From NCBI GenBank assembly GCA_030614005.1, contig JAUWKS010000087.1:1-11995 (forward strand): a DNA stretch of 11,995 nucleotides, in the 5' to 3' direction. A program made the translations under genes and the position numbers. Positions within the stretch are counted from its first letter, which is position 1, and every line of letters starts with the position of its first letter. The notes beneath the pieces are model-generated. The model saw only the letters and a program-made list of their open reading frames with translations, made no database searches and was not told where the DNA came from. Of the stretch, positions 6,424 through 11,995 are shown one piece after another. The stretch comes from Candidatus Heimdallarchaeota archaeon (lineage in GTDB: Archaea; Asgardarchaeota; Heimdallarchaeia; JABLTI01).

Positions 6424-6450
6424 ATTTGATATGATACTGTCATACCAAAT
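6424..6450. repeat. Near-perfect 11-5-11 palindrome
   Basis: ATTTGATATGA-TACTG-TCATACCAAAT; 10 of 11 positions pair. Confidence 0.55.
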
Positions 6451-6471
6451 AGCACTACTTTTATTATCAAA

Positions 6472-6702
6472 TTAATTTTCAGCATCTTCTGTTCTCTCCA
6501 TTGTTAATCCTATTCGAACTGGCTCTCCCAAATAAGGAATAATACATTCGTCAAAAGGTTTGGTATATTCACAAGTTTTCCAGATACATTTCTCTATTCC
6601 ATATTGTTGAGTTTCTTTAGTCAAGAAACTTCCAAAATTTGGATACACTTCTTTTGCTTCAGGAAGAATAGCAGAAGCAATTATTTGAATAGTATTTGGC
6701 AT
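6472..6702 (-). CDS. Small hypothetical ORF or gene remnant, 76 aa
   Basis: Not overlapped by another gene and has protein-like composition. The frame stays open 17 codons upstream of the ATG (to TGA at 6754-6756) with no start codon. No recognisable family. Confidence 0.4.
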   Translation of the reverse strand: MPNTIQIIASAILPEAKEVYPNFGSFLTKETQQYGIEKCIWKTCEYTKPFDECIIPYLGEPVRIGLTMERTEDAEN

Positions 6703-6952
6703 TCCTTTTGACCATCTTGCCCTACCAATAACAAGAAATTGATGACTCTGAAATCAGTGAAGATAGACTGGTTACAGAACACTTGCATGTCTTTAGCGGA
6801 CAACTAGGAGAATTCACTTTTAAAAAAAAGAGAAAATTGATTAAAAGAATTCGATTTGTAACTATAAGTGTAAAAGTATGAATATGATACACTCAACTAA
6901 ACTTTAAACTTCATTTGAAAAAATATCACAAATACACAATAGACTTTCGTGA

Positions 6953-7498
6953 ATGACAATGACAGATTTAACACCTCTAATACTATTAGGTATTTTTATT
7001 GTTGGATTCACAATTGTCTTCACTATTTCTTTGCCAACCATAAAGGGTGCTCCTTGGTTGCCTACCAAAAGAAAAAAAATTCGAAGAATGCTTGAAGTGG
7101 CAGCAGTACAACCTGGCGAGTTAGTATATGATTTAGGGTGTGGGGATGGTCGAGTATTAATTATGGCTACACGTAATTTTGGCGCTCGTTCAGTCGGTAT
7201 TGAAATTGACTTAATGCGTTTTTTATGGTGTCAATTTCTCATAACAATCTTAGGTTTGCGTAAGAAGATACGAATAATTTATGGCGATTTCTTCAAACAA
7301 GATTTGAGTGAAGCAGATGTTATATTTTGCTATCTTTTACAAAGCACGAATAATAAATTAGAAGCTAAATTATTGCGAGAAGTAGATCCTGCAACTCGAA
7401 TAGTTTCAAATACATTCATGTTTCATGGATTAGCAATAACCAAAACAGAAGGTGAATCCGGAATACTTGTGTATTCTACAGGTGTAGAAGAGAATTAA
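6953..7498 (+). CDS. Class I SAM-dependent methyltransferase with N-terminal membrane anchor, FAM173 (ATPSCKMT/ANTKMT)/aKMT-like protein-lysine methyltransferase
   Basis: N-terminal hydrophobic helix LILLGIFIVGFTIVFTISL; pre-MT motif GAPWLPT; motif I YDLGCGDGR; post-I GIEID; GDFFKQDLSEADVIFCYLL; LEAKLLREVDPATRIVSNTF. Start could be 6953 or 6959. Confidence 0.85.
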   Translation: MTMTDLTPLILLGIFIVGFTIVFTISLPTIKGAPWLPTKRKKIRRMLEVAAVQPGELVYDLGCGDGRVLIMATRNFGARSVGIEIDLMRFLWCQFLITILGLRKKIRIIYGDFFKQDLSEADVIFCYLLQSTNNKLEAKLLREVDPATRIVSNTFMFHGLAITKTEGESGILVYSTGVEEN

Positions 7499-7513
7499 TT
7501 AAGAAAATTTGTT

Positions 7514-7542
7514 AATTTAGTTTTAAAAAGAAACACTAAATT
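7514..7542. repeat. 8-13-8 inverted repeat between methyltransferase and amidohydrolase
   Basis: AATTTAGT (7514-7521) / ACTAAATT (7535-7542). Confidence 0.4.
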
Positions 7543-7584
7543 GTTAAGAGTATCTATAATTAGCTAGTGTACTTGGTGCATCCT

Positions 7585-8976
7585 TTGACTGAACTTATTA
7601 TTCGTAATGGTTTGATTGTGACAAATACAGAAAGCTATAATGCCGATATCAGAATAGTTGGCGAGAAAATCAAGGAAATTGGTCCTCAGCTCATAAAATC
7701 TGCAAAATCATCTCGAGAAGTAGATGCAAAAGGATTAACAATTTTACCTGGTGGAATAGATCCTCATGTGCACCTTTCTTTACCTGATTATGTTCCTGCA
7801 GAGCACCAATGGGCAGATAATTTTGAAAGTGGTTCTAAAGCTGCTCTTGCAGGAGGAATAACAACACTAGGTTGCATTTCTGTTCCTGACAGAGGAGAAA
7901 CTCCATTGGGTACATTGGAGCGTGAAACACAAACTATTCAACAACAAGCAATTGCAGATTTTATGATTCATCCAGTTATTTTTTCTATAACAGAAGATAT
8001 CATCAAAGAAATACCTCTTCTAAGAGAGAAAGGTTGTAATACGATTAAAATTTTCATGGTAACAGATGATTTCGATACTAATTTTCCCCTGTACGAAAAG
8101 GCTATCCGCACTGCAAATAAACATGAAATGTTAACAATGATTCATTGTGAGGATAATACAATAATAAAAAATACTTGTCAAGAACTGATTGCTGCAGGTA
8201 AAGGATCACTAAGAAATTATGCTGAAAGTAGGCCAGTTTCATCTGAAGTGCTTGCTACAGAAAAAGCAGTTGCTATTGTAGAATCAACAGGAGCGGCTAT
8301 TTATGTTGTTCATCTTTCTTCAGAAGAAGCTTTGAAAGTTTGTCAGAAAGCTCAAGCTCGGCATCTCCCTGTTCATGTTGAAGGCAGACCTATTTTTCTT
8401 TATTTAACTAAAAAAGAATATCTAAAAACTGATGGAGCATTATATGTTGTTCAACCTCCTTTGCGGGAAAAAAGCGATATAGATGCTTTATGGATGGGTA
8501 TTAACGAAGGATCAATTCACACTGTTGCAACAGATCATGCACCACACACTCGAGAACAAAAATTAAACCCAAATCTAAGTATCAATAATCTTGTACCAGG
8601 AATAAATGAATTACAAGTTATGTTACCAATTTTACATTCAAAGGGTGTTTTGACAAACAAAATTACAATAGAAAAATTCATTGAATTAACCTCAACCAAT
8701 GTTGCCAAATTATTTGGTTTATATCCAAGAAAGGGAGTAATTCAAATCGGATCGGATGCTGACTTGGTGCTCTGGGATTTAGAAGAAGAACGAATAGTAA
8801 AGAATACTGACATGTTCTCACAAGCCGGATTTTCAATATATGCTGGAGAATCATTTACTGGTTGGCCACAAATGACAATTAGGAGAGGGCAGATAGTATA
8901 TGAGAATGGAAAAATAATTGCTGAACCTGGGGCTGGGCAAATCATTCCTCGTAAAAAATCTCTACGATTGATTTAG
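7585..8976 (+). CDS. Dihydropyrimidinase/hydantoinase-family cyclic amidohydrolase (substrate uncertain)
   Basis: PGGIDPHVH, GGITT, IKIFM (carbamylated Lys), IHCED, VVHLS and TDHAPH give a complete binuclear metal ligand set. TTG 7585 (MTELIIRNG, GGTG 6 nt upstream) is preferred over the track's GTG 7567. Confidence 0.9.
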   Translation: MTELIIRNGLIVTNTESYNADIRIVGEKIKEIGPQLIKSAKSSREVDAKGLTILPGGIDPHVHLSLPDYVPAEHQWADNFESGSKAALAGGITTLGCISVPDRGETPLGTLERETQTIQQQAIADFMIHPVIFSITEDIIKEIPLLREKGCNTIKIFMVTDDFDTNFPLYEKAIRTANKHEMLTMIHCEDNTIIKNTCQELIAAGKGSLRNYAESRPVSSEVLATEKAVAIVESTGAAIYVVHLSSEEALKVCQKAQARHLPVHVEGRPIFLYLTKKEYLKTDGALYVVQPPLREKSDIDALWMGINEGSIHTVATDHAPHTREQKLNPNLSINNLVPGINELQVMLPILHSKGVLTNKITIEKFIELTSTNVAKLFGLYPRKGVIQIGSDADLVLWDLEEERIVKNTDMFSQAGFSIYAGESFTGWPQMTIRRGQIVYENGKIIAEPGAGQIIPRKKSLRLI

Positions 8977-9036
8977 CAATCTTTAAAGCAATGTTTAAAC
9001 CCAGTTATGTATGTCTCAGTAAGTAATCCGACATTA

Positions 9037-9043
9037 TTATATA
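9037..9043 (+). promoter_or_regulatory. TATA-box candidate for the large PAS-GAF sensor
   Basis: TTATATA about 49 nt upstream of GTG 9092. Confidence 0.3.
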
Positions 9044-9091
9044 CTATTCTAGAGTAAAAAGAAATTACAGCATCGTGGAAGTATATAGAGA

Positions 9092-11995
9092 GTGCCTGAT
9101 AAAAAACCAAACAACAAGAGGAAGAATAAATTAGACGATGATTTTGAGGTACAAATAACTATATCAGATAATGATTCTAATGAAATAAAAGCATTGAAAA
9201 GCAGATTTAATACTCTCTTTGAAATAACAAATGATGCGATTTTTTGGATAGATGCTGAAAATGAACGATTTATTTTAGTAAATAGCAAAGCATCAGAGCT
9301 TTTAGGTTTTAGTTTAGAAGAAATTTATTCAAAAAAGGCTAGAGACTTTATAGCAAAAACAGAGAATACTGATGTTGTGAACAAATTTTCTCAATTAAAA
9401 GCAGGAAAAATACTTCCTATTTATGAACGTATTTTTCAGAAGAAATCTGGTGAATTAATTCCCACAGAAATTAATCTCTCTATTTTTGAAGATCCAATTA
9501 CTAACAAGAAAATCATTCAAAGTATTGTTAGAGATATAACTCCAAGAAAACATGTTGAAGATGCGATTAAACGCGAGAGAGAAATTTTTCAACATCTAGC
9601 AGTAACAGCAATTCAAAAACGAGATTTATTTGAATATGCTACTGAAGTGCTGAAAAATTTATTGGATAAACTAAATTTTGATTATGGCTCATTAATAATC
9701 TATAATGAAAAAGAAAAAATCTTGGAAAGAATTGCTTCGTGTGGTTCTCTTGTAGCAAAAGTGGATGATAAATTTTCAATTTCTACTGAAGAGTCAAATT
9801 ACTTTGTAAATTACGTTATTAAATTGAAAAAACCTATTTTTGCTGAAGATATATTAATAATGCCAGAGCTTGAACAATTTCGGAAGAGACTTGAATCATA
9901 TAATGTTCGTTCACTAATTTCTTATCCTATTTTTGATAAAGGAATGAAATTGTTTGGAGTACTACAACTAACATCAGAAGGAACCAAACAATTTAGTGAA
10001 GATGATAAAGCTTTCATTGAATCAATAATATTAATGCTCAGAACAATTTTGGAAAGATATAATGTAGAACTATTGCTTAAAAAAACAGCTCTAGAACGAA
10101 AAGAACTCAACGAAATCATTAACCTAAGTCCTGCTGTTGTCTTTCTTTGGAAAAATGAAACTGATTGGCCAGTTGAGTATGTTTCTGATAATATCGAAAT
10201 CTTTGATTATTCTCCTGAAGAATTTTACTCAGGAGATATTTCTTTCAGCAGTATAATCCATCCTGATGATCTCGATAGAGTTGGTCATGAAGTAGAAAAA
10301 TATAGTCAAGATCCGAAATGTTCACATTTCACACAAGAATACCGAATATTCACAAAATCTGGCAAAGTACGCTGGACACTTGACTTTACATCTATAAAAA
10401 GAGACGATCAAAGGAAAATCACTAATTATCATGGAATTGTTCTTGATATAACAGAACGGAAAAAAGATCAAATCTCACTAAATAGGGAACGTAGAGCATT
10501 TCAGATTATTGCAAACGCAACAGCAGCAGCAACTTCAGTACCAGAATTATGTGTTTCAATTATTAATGATTTGTCAGATGTACTTGACTTTGATTTTGGA
10601 GCTATAAGTCTATTTGATGAAGAATCTAAAATTATGACTCCTATTAAAAACGAAAAAGTGGAAAATCTTCTTAACCATAATTTTATACCAATATCAATTG
10701 ATGATCCTGAATATTTGTATACCCATGTTGCTCGTACAAAAAAAGCTATTTTTGCACCAGATATAGAATTAATAAACCTCGATGGTAGAGCCTTAGATAA
10801 AGTAAGTCGATTTGGTATTAAAGCTATAGTAACTTGGCCAATGTTAAGAACTAATGGCGAATTGTTAGGTATACTCCAATTTGGTTCTATGAAAGTAAAA
10901 GAAATGCCTGATGAAGATAAAATAATTTTCGAGGCAATTGCAAGTGCTGTTTCAAATGTTATTGAAAGATTTCTTATTGATAATGCTCGTAAAGAAAGTG
11001 AGCAGAAATTCAGAGCTTTTGCAGAACAATCACTCGCCGGAGTATTTCTTTTTAGCTCAACTGGAAAAATTCTTTTCGCAAATAAAAGAGTCGAGGAAAT
11101 AACTGAATATTCTATTAATGAGATTCTAGAAACTCCAATAACTGAATTCCTTAGTAGGATTCATCCCAATCAAATAAGTATTCTTCAAGAATCATTGAAT
11201 TTTTCTGAATTGGCTTCTGTTCAGGGAGCAATTGTCAATGAATTTGAAGTTAAAACAAAGAAGGGTTTACATAAATGGGCTCAAATCAATCTCGCCCCAA
11301 TTAAGATAGAAAATGATTTTCTTTTTGCTGTTATGATGATTGATACTACAAAAGAAAAACATATTCAAACTGCTCTTGAGCGGGAAAGAAAATTATTAAC
11401 AGTAATCTCAGAAGCAACAGCAAATAATGTCAATGTTAAAAGTATGTGCCAACAAGTGTTAGAAGGAATAATTAGAGTCTTTGGCCTACAATCAGGAACA
11501 ACAAGATGTTATGAAGAGAAAACAGGATTATTAGAAGTATATTCAGAGTATGGAATATCTGATTCAGAGAAATATTTATTGGAACCTGTTAGTTTAATTG
11601 AGTCAAATTATCCTCTAGCAAAATTCGCTCGTGAAAAAATAAAACTATTTTCTTTGGATGCTCCAAATGATCCAATCCTCAAAGATGCCGATTTAATTAA
11701 ACTACACGATTTCACTGTCTATATTTTCTATCCTATTTTGAGTGCAAATAATGAGTTTCTCGGAACATTACAGATTGGATCCAAAAAAGAAACTATCTTA
11801 ACAGAATACGATATAAAATCATTTGATTCAATAATTGAGATTTTCGCTTCTGCGATTGAACATCTCAAAGTAATAGAACAACTAGATATTAGCCAACAAA
11901 AATTCAAGAGAACCGTTGATACTATCTTAGATGGTATAACTATTATTGAGAACAATGAAATGATCTATGCTAATGACCAAATAGTTCAAATTTAT
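9092..11995 (+). CDS. Large multidomain sensor (PAS-GAF)x3-PAS..., partial, at least 968 aa; output domain outside the window
   Basis: Manual translation of frame +2 finds no stop from GTG 9092 (in-frame TAG at 9086-9088 just before it) to the window end. PAS ends: VRDITPRK, VLDITERKK, MIDTTKEK. PAS2 has HPDD and GKVRW. GAF cores: YPIF..GVLQL, WPML..GILQF, YPIL..GTLQI. A fourth PAS starts near 11900. Missing from the ORF track. Confidence 0.93.
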   Translation, partial: MPDKKPNNKRKNKLDDDFEVQITISDNDSNEIKALKSRFNTLFEITNDAIFWIDAENERFILVNSKASELLGFSLEEIYSKKARDFIAKTENTDVVNKFSQLKAGKILPIYERIFQKKSGELIPTEINLSIFEDPITNKKIIQSIVRDITPRKHVEDAIKREREIFQHLAVTAIQKRDLFEYATEVLKNLLDKLNFDYGSLIIYNEKEKILERIASCGSLVAKVDDKFSISTEESNYFVNYVIKLKKPIFAEDILIMPELEQFRKRLESYNVRSLISYPIFDKGMKLFGVLQLTSEGTKQFSEDDKAFIESIILMLRTILERYNVELLLKKTALERKELNEIINLSPAVVFLWKNETDWPVEYVSDNIEIFDYSPEEFYSGDISFSSIIHPDDLDRVGHEVEKYSQDPKCSHFTQEYRIFTKSGKVRWTLDFTSIKRDDQRKITNYHGIVLDITERKKDQISLNRERRAFQIIANATAAATSVPELCVSIINDLSDVLDFDFGAISLFDEESKIMTPIKNEKVENLLNHNFIPISIDDPEYLYTHVARTKKAIFAPDIELINLDGRALDKVSRFGIKAIVTWPMLRTNGELLGILQFGSMKVKEMPDEDKIIFEAIASAVSNVIERFLIDNARKESEQKFRAFAEQSLAGVFLFSSTGKILFANKRVEEITEYSINEILETPITEFLSRIHPNQISILQESLNFSELASVQGAIVNEFEVKTKKGLHKWAQINLAPIKIENDFLFAVMMIDTTKEKHIQTALERERKLLTVISEATANNVNVKSMCQQVLEGIIRVFGLQSGTTRCYEEKTGLLEVYSEYGISDSEKYLLEPVSLIESNYPLAKFAREKIKLFSLDAPNDPILKDADLIKLHDFTVYIFYPILSANNEFLGTLQIGSKKETILTEYDIKSFDSIIEIFASAIEHLKVIEQLDISQQKFKRTVDTILDGITIIENNEMIYANDQIVQIY

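Noticed and set aside
6730-6873. Plus-strand open stretch QEIDDSEISEDRLVTEHLHVFSGQLGEFTFKKKRK...
   Set aside because: No plausible start codon after the preceding TAA, short, and no recognisable motif.
8742-8945. Minus-strand 67-aa ORF
   Set aside because: Antisense shadow of the amidohydrolase.
9049-11955. Minus-strand ORFs 9049-9288, 9922-10119 and 11728-11955
   Set aside because: Antisense shadows of the continuous PAS-GAF reading frame on the plus strand.

Overview
AT-rich (about 30-33% GC by eye) prokaryotic chromosomal segment. It is probably archaeal, possibly Asgard/Heimdallarchaeia-like. That is an inference from TATA-like boxes, GAGGT/GGTG ribosome-binding sites, oligo-T tracts after genes, and gene content; no marker gene is present. 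Gene order: 3' end of an unknown gene with an (AAAEE)n tail (1-174); NapA-like CPA2 cation/H+ antiporter (true start 161, not 32); stand-alone Cys-rich PAS protein; hypothetical protein with a GGMGSWND motif; class II aldolase; histidine kinase carrying a paralogous Cys-rich PAS domain; minus-strand tandem-GNAT acyltransferase; small doubtful ORF; membrane-anchored FAM173-like SAM methyltransferase; dihydropyrimidinase-family amidohydrolase; and a >968-aa (PAS-GAF)x3-PAS sensor that runs off the right edge and is absent from the supplied ORF track. Best leads: (1) the tandem GNAT aligns by eye over its full length with eukaryotic N-myristoyltransferase, including an EDD loop; (2) two PAS domains share a C-x-H-x7-C-x5-C-x2-C putative metal/Fe-S site, one stand-alone and one on a kinase with an atypical G1 box and a perfect operator-like palindrome; (3) the amidohydrolase has an intact metal centre but all three canonical substrate residues are replaced. 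No rRNA, tRNA, CRISPR array or transposase was seen. All homology statements are by-eye comparisons with remembered family sequences, not database results.
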